From NCBI GenBank assembly GCA_016287855.1, contig JAEEXS010000019.1, positions 1 to 18,668 on the forward strand: a stretch of DNA of 18,668 bases, in the 5' to 3' direction. This DNA is from Clostridia bacterium. GTDB taxonomy: Bacteria; Bacillota; Clostridia; TANB77; RGIG9151. Positions 1 to 6,647 of the stretch are shown piece after piece. Position 1 is the first letter of the stretch. Every line of letters begins with the position of its first letter. The position numbers and the translations under genes are program-made. The notes under the pieces are model-generated. The model worked only from the letters and a program-made list of their open reading frames with translations. It was not told the origin of the DNA and ran no database searches.

Positions 1-10
1 GACAAATATA

Positions 11-39
11 TTGTCAAATGTTCCTTTTTGTGTTATAAT
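11..39 (+). promoter_or_regulatory. Candidate sigma-A promoter with extended -10 for the Cys-rich protein gene
   Basis: TTGTCA at 11-16, a 17-nt spacer, then TG at 31-32 and TATAAT at 34-39 (TGnTATAAT). It lies about 40 nt upstream of the ATG at 79. Confidence 0.6.
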
Positions 40-78
40 TTAAACAAATTTATACTGGTTTTACTGGGAGGAAAGTTT

Positions 79-2073
79 ATGAAGAGAAAGTTCTTGATGA
101 TATTTTTAGCGCTTATGTGTTGGGGCTTAAGTTCAACAAGTTTTGCTGAAACAACGCCAATAAATTATCATTTTGATGATACGGTTAGAGGAGTTGAGTA
201 TCCTAAATGTTGTGCAGGTTGTGGGGCTCAATTACTTAGTATTCAAGCGGTACCACCTCCAGAACCTAAAAATAGAATTTCTGTATCCTATCCAAGAGGC
301 GAAGGAGATTATAAAAAGACTGCATATCTAGCGATGGAGTCAAGTGTTCTACAAGGTAAAGGTGTATTTACCTCAATAGGTGGTTCTTTGTATTATGTTG
401 GCTATGATCCAAACAAAATAGATTTTTATTATGAAAAAGAGCTTGGAAAATTAGATAACACATCTTTTTATATACAAACTATGAAGTATAGAATTGACCC
501 ACTAACAGCTGGTGACAAAAAACAATATATTATTGGCCCTAGTTCACAAAATGGAAGTTATCCTTTCTTTGTTTGTAGTAATTGCGCAAAATGTGATAAG
601 AATGGCTGCCAAGAATATGTTGCAAGTAATGGCTTTTCTATCCCTGCTAAGTCTGGATATGAAAAAGATACATCAAAATTAGTAGTAGGCAAATATTGTC
701 AAAACCATACTTGTGCATTTATTTGGAATGTTGATAATGGCAATTTTAATATTAGTACAGTAGAAGGAATAGATTGCAAAAAAAAGGCAATGGATGGCTC
801 GTTATTTTGCGAGGCTCATACTTGTAAAGACCCTCTTTGTAATAAACCTGTAGTTGGATGGAACTCTATAGATGGTAGATCTACCGCGGTACGAGTTTAT
901 CAAGGACCAGATAGTAACCAATATTCTAATTATTGTGTAGATCATTTCTGTAAGCACTATACATGTAAAGAAAAGAGATTTAGTGTAACAAGTTTAACTG
1001 CAAAATATTCTTCATCAGAAGGACGATACATTCAGTTTCCTGAATATTGTGCGTTACACGGAAATGATTGTACTATATATGGCTGTAATGAGCCAGTAAT
1101 AAAAACACATTATGATGAAAAAAATAAAAATATTGCTTACATTTGTGAGTATCATGCTGAGCATTATGAAGAGTTACAAAATCAAGCTATGGAATTAGGT
1201 ATGTTACCAGAAGAAGTGACACCTGAATCTGATATAATAAGAGATTACTGTTCGAATTGCAAAAAATATTTAATTAGAGAGAAAAAAAGCACTGGTCAGC
1301 AGTGTGGGAAAGTTATAGGTGGTAAGTGGTATTGCAGTGTATGCGCTGCTCAAAACTTTACTGTAACAGGAAGCGTTAATGATTTTGAAACTGGAGGAGG
1401 CTATATGTATCATGTAGTGCCGCCATCTCATTCTCAATTCGCAGATCCTGAAAATTGTACTCATTCAAGATATCCGGTACCGAACACTGTAAGCTTTACG
1501 AATATAACAAAAGAAACTCATACGCAAGTATGGACTTGTATAAATTGTAATACTACTCAAAGAGAAAAATATGAGCATGAATTTATTAAGGGAGTATGTG
1601 TTTGTGGATATAGCTTGGCTGGGTATGTTCCAGAAGAAGATCCAAACAATGAAGATCCGAATAGTGAGGACCCAAATAACGAAGATCCAAATAGTGAAGA
1701 TCCAGATAATGAAGACCCAAATAATGAAAATGAGTATAACCCACTTGTTGAAATAACAAATGCTAAATATATTATGCCGTATGATGATGAAAAGAAGATA
1801 TTGTTAGTACAATTAAAAGATAACGACGTAATTAAGCTTAAAATAGCAAAAGATAAGTTAACAACATTAACATATAAGTGGGGAACAAAAGTAGTTGGTT
1901 ATTCGGATAGTAGTGTTAAGATTCCTTCAAACGAAACACTTTATATATCTGATGGAAATAGCAATGTTACTGGCTATGTAATGGAAAAACCAGATTATAT
2001 ATTAGAAATTCAATATTATCCAAAAGGAAGTAACAAAAAGCAAACAATCACGTATCAGATATACTTGCCATAA
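79..2073 (+). CDS. Secreted Cys/His-rich repeat protein of unknown family (signal peptide, CHC(C) knuckle-like repeats, zinc-ribbon-like CxxC pairs, acidic EDPNx linker, Cys-free beta-rich C-terminal domain)
   Basis: Frame of track ORF 28..2073. I place the start at ATG 79 (GGGAGG at 66-71) because the TTG at 28 lies next to or inside the promoter -10. The N-terminus MKRKFLMIFLALMCWGLSSTSFA/ET looks like a Sec signal peptide. The mature part has 30 Cys, all before the EDPN linker. The motif [YF]-C-x2-H-x(1,3)-C(-x4-C) recurs about every 32-42 aa at nt 697-714, 808-840, 934-966, 1048-1086 and 1144-1164. A CxxC...CxxC pair lies at 1249-1344. Confidence 0.85.
   Translation: MKRKFLMIFLALMCWGLSSTSFAETTPINYHFDDTVRGVEYPKCCAGCGAQLLSIQAVPPPEPKNRISVSYPRGEGDYKKTAYLAMESSVLQGKGVFTSIGGSLYYVGYDPNKIDFYYEKELGKLDNTSFYIQTMKYRIDPLTAGDKKQYIIGPSSQNGSYPFFVCSNCAKCDKNGCQEYVASNGFSIPAKSGYEKDTSKLVVGKYCQNHTCAFIWNVDNGNFNISTVEGIDCKKKAMDGSLFCEAHTCKDPLCNKPVVGWNSIDGRSTAVRVYQGPDSNQYSNYCVDHFCKHYTCKEKRFSVTSLTAKYSSSEGRYIQFPEYCALHGNDCTIYGCNEPVIKTHYDEKNKNIAYICEYHAEHYEELQNQAMELGMLPEEVTPESDIIRDYCSNCKKYLIREKKSTGQQCGKVIGGKWYCSVCAAQNFTVTGSVNDFETGGGYMYHVVPPSHSQFADPENCTHSRYPVPNTVSFTNITKETHTQVWTCINCNTTQREKYEHEFIKGVCVCGYSLAGYVPEEDPNNEDPNSEDPNNEDPNSEDPDNEDPNNENEYNPLVEITNAKYIMPYDDEKKILLVQLKDNDVIKLKIAKDKLTTLTYKWGTKVVGYSDSSVKIPSNETLYISDGNSNVTGYVMEKPDYILEIQYYPKGSNKKQTITYQIYLP
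1636..1734 (+). repeat. In-frame 15-bp tandem repeat (6 full units plus a partial one) encoding (E-D-P-[ND]-[NS])n
   Basis: Units at 1636-1650, 1651-1665, 1666-1680, 1681-1695, 1696-1710 and 1711-1725 (gaagatccaaayart-like), then a partial gaaaatgag. They translate to EDPNNEDPNSEDPNNEDPNSEDPDNEDPNNENE. Confidence 0.95.
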
Positions 2074-2086
2074 AAAAAGGCAATTT

Positions 2087-2120
2087 AAAAAATAGGTCGA
2101 AAGACCTATTTTTTATTTTA
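2087..2120 (+). terminator. Rho-independent terminator after the Cys-rich protein gene
   Basis: Stem AATAGGTC (2091-2098) pairs with GACCTATT (2103-2110) around a GAAA loop. Flanking A (2087-2090) and T runs extend it, followed by TTTTTATTTT. It starts 14 nt after the stop at 2071-2073. Confidence 0.8.
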
Positions 2121-2124
2121 TATA

Positions 2125-2200
2125 TTGCAAAAGTGGAGGAAAAAATATAATATAGTGTTGAAAGTGGTTGAAAGTGGAGCGAAGTGGTAAGAAGTTCCGC
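2125..2200 (+). promoter_or_regulatory. Candidate Pmra promoter plus an array of MraZ-box-like direct repeats (10-bp phasing)
   Basis: TTGCAA at 2125-2130 pairs with TATAAT at 2146-2151 (15-nt spacer) or TAATAT at 2148-2153 (17-nt spacer). Direct repeats: AAAGTGG 2130-2136, ATAGTGT 2152-2158, AAAGTGG 2161-2167, AAAGTGG 2171-2177, GAAGTGG 2181-2187, and a degenerate GAAGTTC 2191-2197. The three central copies are exactly 10 bp apart, between the -10 and the mraZ RBS (GAGGAGG 2201-2207). Confidence 0.55.
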
Positions 2201-2215
2201 GAGGAGGTGAGAAGT

Positions 2216-2647
2216 TTGTTCATAGGCGAATATAGACACAGTTTAGACGTAAAAGGAAGAATAATTGTTCCTGCTAAATTTAGAGATGGACTTGGTGATA
2301 AGTTCGTTTTAACAAAAGGTTTAGATGGTTGCTTATTTGCTTATTCTAAAGAAGAATGGACAAACTTTGAAGACCGTATAAAAGAACTACCACTTACAAA
2401 CAAAGACGCAAGAGCTTTTGTAAGATTCTTCTTTTCAGGAGCTGTTGAGTGTGAGATTGATAAGCAAGGCCGTACATTGATACCACCAATGTTACGCGAG
2501 TATGCTGGGCTAAGCAAAGATCTTGTTGTTATTGGTGTTTCAACTCGTGTTGAATTATGGAGCCAAGAAAAATGGGATAGCTATAGCGAAGCAGAAGATT
2601 TAGAAGCAGACGTGCTAGCTGAGAAAATGGCTGAACTCGGTATTTAG
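2216..2647 (+). CDS. mraZ: Transcriptional regulator MraZ (division/cell wall cluster)
   Basis: Track ORF 2168..2647. I place the start at TTG 2216 (GAGGAGG 8 nt upstream), giving 143 aa that begin (M)[22 protein letters not shown]. This is the canonical MraZ N-terminus, and a second SpoVT/AbrB-like half ([19 protein letters not shown]) follows. Position upstream of rsmH agrees. Confidence 0.93.
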   Translation: MFIGEYRHSLDVKGRIIVPAKFRDGLGDKFVLTKGLDGCLFAYSKEEWTNFEDRIKELPLTNKDARAFVRFFFSGAVECEIDKQGRTLIPPMLREYAGLSKDLVVIGVSTRVELWSQEKWDSYSEAEDLEADVLAEKMAELGI

Positions 2648-2673
2648 CCTAAAGTTAGCTAAGGGGTGTTACA

Positions 2674-3618
2674 ATGGAATTTGTTCATAAACCAGTTTTA
2701 TTAAATGAGTGTATTGAAAATCTTTCAATTAAACCTAATGGGGTTTACTTGGATGGAACGCTCGGTGGAGCTGGGCACTCCCTAGAAATAGCAAGGTCGT
2801 TAGGAAAAAAAGGAATGTTAATTGGTATCGACCGAGACATTGAAGCGATAGATGTATCGCGCCAAAGACTAAAAGATGTAGAACCCAGGGTTATGCTAAT
2901 TAACGATAATTATAAGAATATTAAGGACGTGTTGAGTGGCGCAGGAATAGATAAAGTTGATGGTATTCTACTTGATTTAGGAGTTTCTTCTTATCAATTA
3001 GATAATCCAGAACGAGGTTTTTCCTACCGCTATGATGCGCCACTTGATATGAGAATGAATACTAATGATAAACTTACCGCAAAAGAAGTGGTAAATGAAT
3101 ACACTAAAGAAGATTTGATAAGAATTTTTAGAGATTATGGTGAAGAAAAATGGGCTGTACGTGTTGCTGAATTTATTGTAGAAGCTCGGAAAGTTAAACC
3201 GATTTTAACTACTTTTGAGCTAGTAGATATAATAAAAGCTGCAATACCGGCTGGAGCTAGAAGCGAAGGTGGGCACCCTGCAAAAAGAATTTTCCAAGCC
3301 ATAAGAATAGAAGTAAACGGGGAAATAAGAGATCTAAAAAAAGCAATAGAAGATTCAATCGATTGCTTAAAACCAGGTGGAAGAATATGCATTATAAGTT
3401 TCCATTCTCTAGAAGATAGAATTGTAAAAGAAACTTTTAATGATGCGGCTCGAGGCTGTACTTGTCCTCCGGATTTCCCTAAATGTGTATGCAATAATAA
3501 AAAAAGGGTAAATATTTTAACTAAAAAGCCGATAATATCTAAGGATATTGAATTGGACGAAAACAATAGAGCTCATAGTGCTAAACTAAGAGTTGCTGAA
3601 AGAACAAATGACTGTTAA
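2674..3618 (+). CDS. rsmH: 16S rRNA (cytosine1402-N4)-methyltransferase RsmH (MraW)
   Basis: 314 aa. HKPVLLNECIENL, DGTLGGAGHS, GIDRD, LLDLGVSSYQLD and ISFHSLEDRIVK are characteristic RsmH motifs. RBS AAGGGG precedes ATG 2674, and the gene sits in the canonical position after mraZ. Confidence 0.95.
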   Translation: MEFVHKPVLLNECIENLSIKPNGVYLDGTLGGAGHSLEIARSLGKKGMLIGIDRDIEAIDVSRQRLKDVEPRVMLINDNYKNIKDVLSGAGIDKVDGILLDLGVSSYQLDNPERGFSYRYDAPLDMRMNTNDKLTAKEVVNEYTKEDLIRIFRDYGEEKWAVRVAEFIVEARKVKPILTTFELVDIIKAAIPAGARSEGGHPAKRIFQAIRIEVNGEIRDLKKAIEDSIDCLKPGGRICIISFHSLEDRIVKETFNDAARGCTCPPDFPKCVCNNKKRVNILTKKPIISKDIELDENNRAHSAKLRVAERTNDC

Positions 3619-3724
3619 AGGGCATCCCCCTTTTAACATATATACTAAAGATTAAGTGAGTTTAACTTACTAAAGTACAAAAGATAAAAATCCTATAAAA
3701 TTTATTACTTATGCTTTTACAAAA

Positions 3725-3789
3725 GAAAAAAATTAAAAAAATACTAAAGAAAAATTAAAAAAAGTTACAAATGAAAATTAAAAAATCAC
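3725..3789 (+). repeat. Three direct A-tract repeats G-A(4-7)-TT-A(6-7) with exact 24-bp register
   Basis: Copies start at G3725 (gaaaaaaattaaaaaaatac), G3749 (gaaaaattaaaaaaagttac) and G3773 (gaaaattaaaaaatcac), inside the non-coding rsmH-ftsL spacer. Confidence 0.6.
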
Positions 3790-3865
3790 AAAAGAAGTAC
3801 GATTATACGTAAGAAGAAATTTTTGTGTACAAAAGAGTAAAACAGATATTTACTAATGATGAGTG

Positions 3866-3906
3866 AACAGGAGAAGCTTTTGTATTCTCCTGTTTTTGCT
3901 TTTTTA
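3866..3906 (+). terminator. Terminator-like or attenuator hairpin immediately upstream of the ftsL RBS
   Basis: Perfect 10-bp stem AACAGGAGAA (3866-3875) / TTCTCCTGTT (3885-3894) with a 9-nt loop, followed by TTTGCTTTTTT. The ftsL RBS AGGAGG (3911-3916) lies just downstream. Confidence 0.5.
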
Positions 3907-3923
3907 AGAAAGGAGGGAGATTT

Positions 3924-4388
3924 ATGGCACCGCTTAAACAAGAAGATTATTTTTATGAAGATTATAAAGCGCTGCCGAAGAAGCCTATTACTGAGGTGAA
4001 AAAATCTCCACCTAAAAAGATTGTCGCTCCTAAAAAGAACGTTAAGGGAAACGTAGCTTTAGGAGTATCTATCTTTATTGTAGCTTTAACTATTGTACTA
4101 AGATATGCTATGATAAATAATATGAATATGGAAAATATACAACTCAAAAAAGAGTTGGAAAGTATAAATAATATAAACGCTCAATTGCAACTGGCTGCCG
4201 AAAGACAGGTTAATTTAAGTAATATTGAAGAATATGCTAAAAATAATCTTGGCTTTCAAAAGCCTCAAAATTATCAAATTGAATATATAAATGTAGAGAA
4301 AGAAGATTTAATTGATAATAAAGTGGTAACTGAGAATAAAAAAGGAATAAAAGAAATATTATTAAATATAGTTGAATTTTTCAAATAA
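3924..4388 (+). CDS. ftsL: Cell division protein FtsL-like (bitopic, TM plus coiled coil)
   Basis: 154 aa. It has a Lys/Pro-rich cytoplasmic N-terminus, one TM segment (VALGVSIFIVALTIVL) and then a heptad-like region (ENIQLKKELESINNINAQLQL). RBS AGGAGG precedes ATG 3924. It occupies the canonical ftsL slot between rsmH and the division PBP. The sequence itself is poorly conserved, so the call rests on architecture and synteny. Confidence 0.7.
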   Translation: MAPLKQEDYFYEDYKALPKKPITEVKKSPPKKIVAPKKNVKGNVALGVSIFIVALTIVLRYAMINNMNMENIQLKKELESINNINAQLQLAAERQVNLSNIEEYAKNNLGFQKPQNYQIEYINVEKEDLIDNKVVTENKKGIKEILLNIVEFFK

Positions 4389-4460
4389 GAGGGTGTCCTA
4401 AGTGTGATTTTTTTGTACCACCAAATAAAATTTAAGGACCTCTCTTTTTTTTAAGGGGAA

Positions 4461-6632
4461 GTGTTTATATTGAGCAAAAAAGATATGAAGATAGGTAATA
4501 GAAAAAGAATAATATTTTTATTTGTGCTTATTGTTATTGCTTTTATGTTTCTTATAGGAAGATTAGCTTGGGTTCAAGTCGTAGATGGAATGAGACTTCA
4601 AGAAATGGCTTATGAGCAACAAACAAGAGATAGAACTATAAATTCTTCAAGAGGAACAATATATTCTTCTGATGGAAAAGTTTTGGCTATAAGTGCAGCT
4701 ATGGAAACGATTAGTGTTACTCCAACACAAGTCGAAAACCAAGCTGAACTTTCTCAAAAATTAGCAGATTTACTTGGCCTTACATATGATGAGGTTTATG
4801 AAAAAGTAACATCCGATTCGGCTTTAGTTACAATTGCTAAAAATATAGATAAAGAAACAACAGATTTACTCAGAGAATGGATAACTGAAACAAAAACCAA
4901 AGGTGTTAAAATAGATGAATCTACAAAAAGATATTATCCTAATAATAATTTACTATCTCATGTTTTAGGCTTTGTAGGAACAGATAATCAAGGACTTTAC
5001 GGAATAGAAAAAACATATGAAGATATTTTAACAGGAATACCAGGAAGAGTTATTTCAGAAACTGATGGAAAAGGAAACGATATTCCATTTAGTTCTGAAG
5101 AATATTTTGCGCCACAAAACGGAAGAGATTTGGTGCTCACTATCGACTCTTCTATTCAATACTTTGCTGAAAAATATTTGAAACAAGCGGTTATAGATAA
5201 TGCGTGTGCAAAGGGTGGAGTGGCTATTGTAATGCAACCTCGTACAGGCGATGTTTTAGCTATGGCGGTTAATCCAGATTTTGATCCTAATAATGCTTTT
5301 GGACCATATAATAAAGAACAAGAAGAAAAATGGGATACGATGGATTCTAGTGAAAAAAAGAAACTAAGAGAAAAAACATGGCGTAACATGGCAATTTCAG
5401 ATACATATGAGCCGGGTTCTACTTTTAAAGTAATTACTTTAAGTACGGCTCTTGATTCTGGTGCGATAAATTTAGATAGTAAGTTTACTTGTACAGGTTC
5501 ATATACTGCTGGCGGTGCAACAATGAAATGCTGGAGATATTATAGACCGCATGGACTCCAGACTTTAAGAGAATGTTTGGGTAATTCATGTAACCCTGCA
5601 TTTATTCAAATTGGTTTAAAAATAGGAAAAGAAACTTTTTATAAATATATTGATGCATTTGGACTTACTGAAAAGACGGGTATAGATTTACCTGGTGAAG
5701 CAAGTGGAATTTTCCATACGATCCAAAATGTAAAAGATGCAGAACTTGCAACAGCAGCATTTGGCCAAAGATTCCAGATTACCCCAATAGGCTTAATTAC
5801 TGCAATATCTGCGGTCGCAAACGATGGAAAATTGATGGAGCCTAGAATAGTAAAGGAAATAAGGGATTCAGAAGGAAATGTATTGAGTAGAAATGAGCCA
5901 AATGCTGTAAGACAAGTAATTTCAAAACAAACAGCAGAAACTGTAAGAAGTATGATGGAATATGTAGTTTCTAAAGGGACTGGTGGAAATGCATATATCG
6001 AAGGATATAATATAGGGGGAAAAACGGGAACGGGCGAACAAGGAATAGGAGCTAGTACTTGGTATGTTGCATCCTTTGTTGGAATTGCACCAGCAAATAA
6101 TCCTGAAGTTGCTGTGCTAGTTGCATTATTCGATCCTAAAGGAGCAAGCCATGGTGGAGGAGCGATTGCTGCACCTGTTGTTAGAAATATAATTGAGGAC
6201 ACAATGAGATATTTGCAAATACAGCCTAATTCAAGTGGAGAAAACAAAGGAGTAATCGTGCCAGAGGTAAGAGGTTTAACGATAGATGAAGCAAAAACAA
6301 AGTTAAGAGAAGCAGGACTTAAAGCTAATGTAAACGGAAAACAAAGTGCAGAAATTATAATTCAAGATCAAATTCCAAAACCAAACGTTGAAGTGCTTGA
6401 AAATTCTACTATAATTTTATATACTGAAGCAGGAGCAGATAAAGTTATGGTATCAGTTCCTAATGTTTACGGAAAAACCATAAGTGAAGCTACTAACTTA
6501 TTAAAGAATGTAGGACTAAACGTCAATATTACTGGCTTGGGAACAGCTTATTCTCAATCTCCTAAAGCCGGAGCTAGTGCGGAACGGGGAAGTATCGTAA
6601 ACGTAGAGTTTAAAATTACTGAAGTAGATTAG
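4461..6632 (+). CDS. Class B penicillin-binding protein / peptidoglycan D,D-transpeptidase (FtsI/PBP2B/SpoVD family) with two C-terminal PASTA domains
   Basis: N-terminal TM anchor (IIFLFVLIVIAFMFLIG). Transpeptidase motifs are STFK (5418-5429), SCN and KTGT. Two PASTA-like repeats lie at about 6252-6431 (VPEVRGLTIDEAKTKLREAGL) and 6447-6629 (VPNVYGKTISEATNLLKNVGL). The start is ambiguous: GTG 4461 is too close to AAGGGG 4453-4458; TTG 4470 or ATG 4485 are alternatives. Confidence 0.93.
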   Translation: MFILSKKDMKIGNRKRIIFLFVLIVIAFMFLIGRLAWVQVVDGMRLQEMAYEQQTRDRTINSSRGTIYSSDGKVLAISAAMETISVTPTQVENQAELSQKLADLLGLTYDEVYEKVTSDSALVTIAKNIDKETTDLLREWITETKTKGVKIDESTKRYYPNNNLLSHVLGFVGTDNQGLYGIEKTYEDILTGIPGRVISETDGKGNDIPFSSEEYFAPQNGRDLVLTIDSSIQYFAEKYLKQAVIDNACAKGGVAIVMQPRTGDVLAMAVNPDFDPNNAFGPYNKEQEEKWDTMDSSEKKKLREKTWRNMAISDTYEPGSTFKVITLSTALDSGAINLDSKFTCTGSYTAGGATMKCWRYYRPHGLQTLRECLGNSCNPAFIQIGLKIGKETFYKYIDAFGLTEKTGIDLPGEASGIFHTIQNVKDAELATAAFGQRFQITPIGLITAISAVANDGKLMEPRIVKEIRDSEGNVLSRNEPNAVRQVISKQTAETVRSMMEYVVSKGTGGNAYIEGYNIGGKTGTGEQGIGASTWYVASFVGIAPANNPEVAVLVALFDPKGASHGGGAIAAPVVRNIIEDTMRYLQIQPNSSGENKGVIVPEVRGLTIDEAKTKLREAGLKANVNGKQSAEIIIQDQIPKPNVEVLENSTIILYTEAGADKVMVSVPNVYGKTISEATNLLKNVGLNVNITGLGTAYSQSPKAGASAERGSIVNVEFKITEVD

Positions 6633-6647
6633 AAAGGAAGGATATAA

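Noticed and set aside
28-78. Track start (TTG at 28) for the first ORF, adding MCYNLNKFILVLLGGKF to the N-terminus
   Set aside because: It overlaps the candidate -10/extended -10 (31-39) and has no RBS. ATG 79 has GGGAGG 7 nt upstream and yields a canonical signal peptide.
1636-1734. Regular short direct repeats that could superficially suggest a CRISPR-like array
   Set aside because: The units are contiguous 15-mers with no spacers, are in frame inside a CDS and encode EDPNx. This is a coding tandem repeat, not CRISPR.
1571-1756. 61-aa + strand ORF in an alternative frame across the EDPN repeat
   Set aside because: It lies entirely inside the 664-aa CDS. Its low-complexity product (IQIVKIQIMK...) is just the tandem repeat read out of frame, and it has no RBS.
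2168-2215. Track start (2168) for mraZ, adding 16 residues ([16 protein letters not shown])
   Set aside because: This stretch is the MraZ-box repeat array and RBS. TTG 2216 behind GAGGAGG gives the canonical 143-aa MraZ starting (M)FIGEY.
3135-3566. 143-aa minus-strand ORF antisense to rsmH
   Set aside because: It lies fully within a well-supported conserved gene. Its composition is typical of a shadow ORF, with no RBS and no recognisable motifs.
3617-3634. Short hairpin AAAGGG/CCCTTT right after the rsmH stop, as a possible terminator
   Set aside because: It has only a 6-bp stem with a short T-run, which is too weak to call. The stronger hairpin at 3866-3894 is reported instead.
3711-3812. 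Two tiny Lys-rich ORFs in the rsmH-ftsL spacer (ATG 3711, 15 aa MLLQKKKIKKILKKN; ATG 3771, 13 aa MKIKKSQKKYDYT)
   Set aside because: Neither has a Shine-Dalgarno. The peptides are simply A-tract repeats read as Lys/Ile codons, so they are most likely non-coding.
4388-4452. Imperfect long-range pairing AGAGGGTGTCC / GGACCTCTCT followed by a T8 run, between ftsL and the PBP gene
   Set aside because: The stem needs a bulge and a G-U pair and encloses a loop of about 37 nt, which is not a convincing intrinsic terminator. The T-run may simply be part of the AT-rich spacer.
5639-6247. 202-aa minus-strand ORF antisense to the PBP gene (also 5055-5237 and 5156-5389)
   Set aside because: These are shadow ORFs opposite a strongly supported transpeptidase domain. 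The products are low-complexity and hydrophobic, with no start context.
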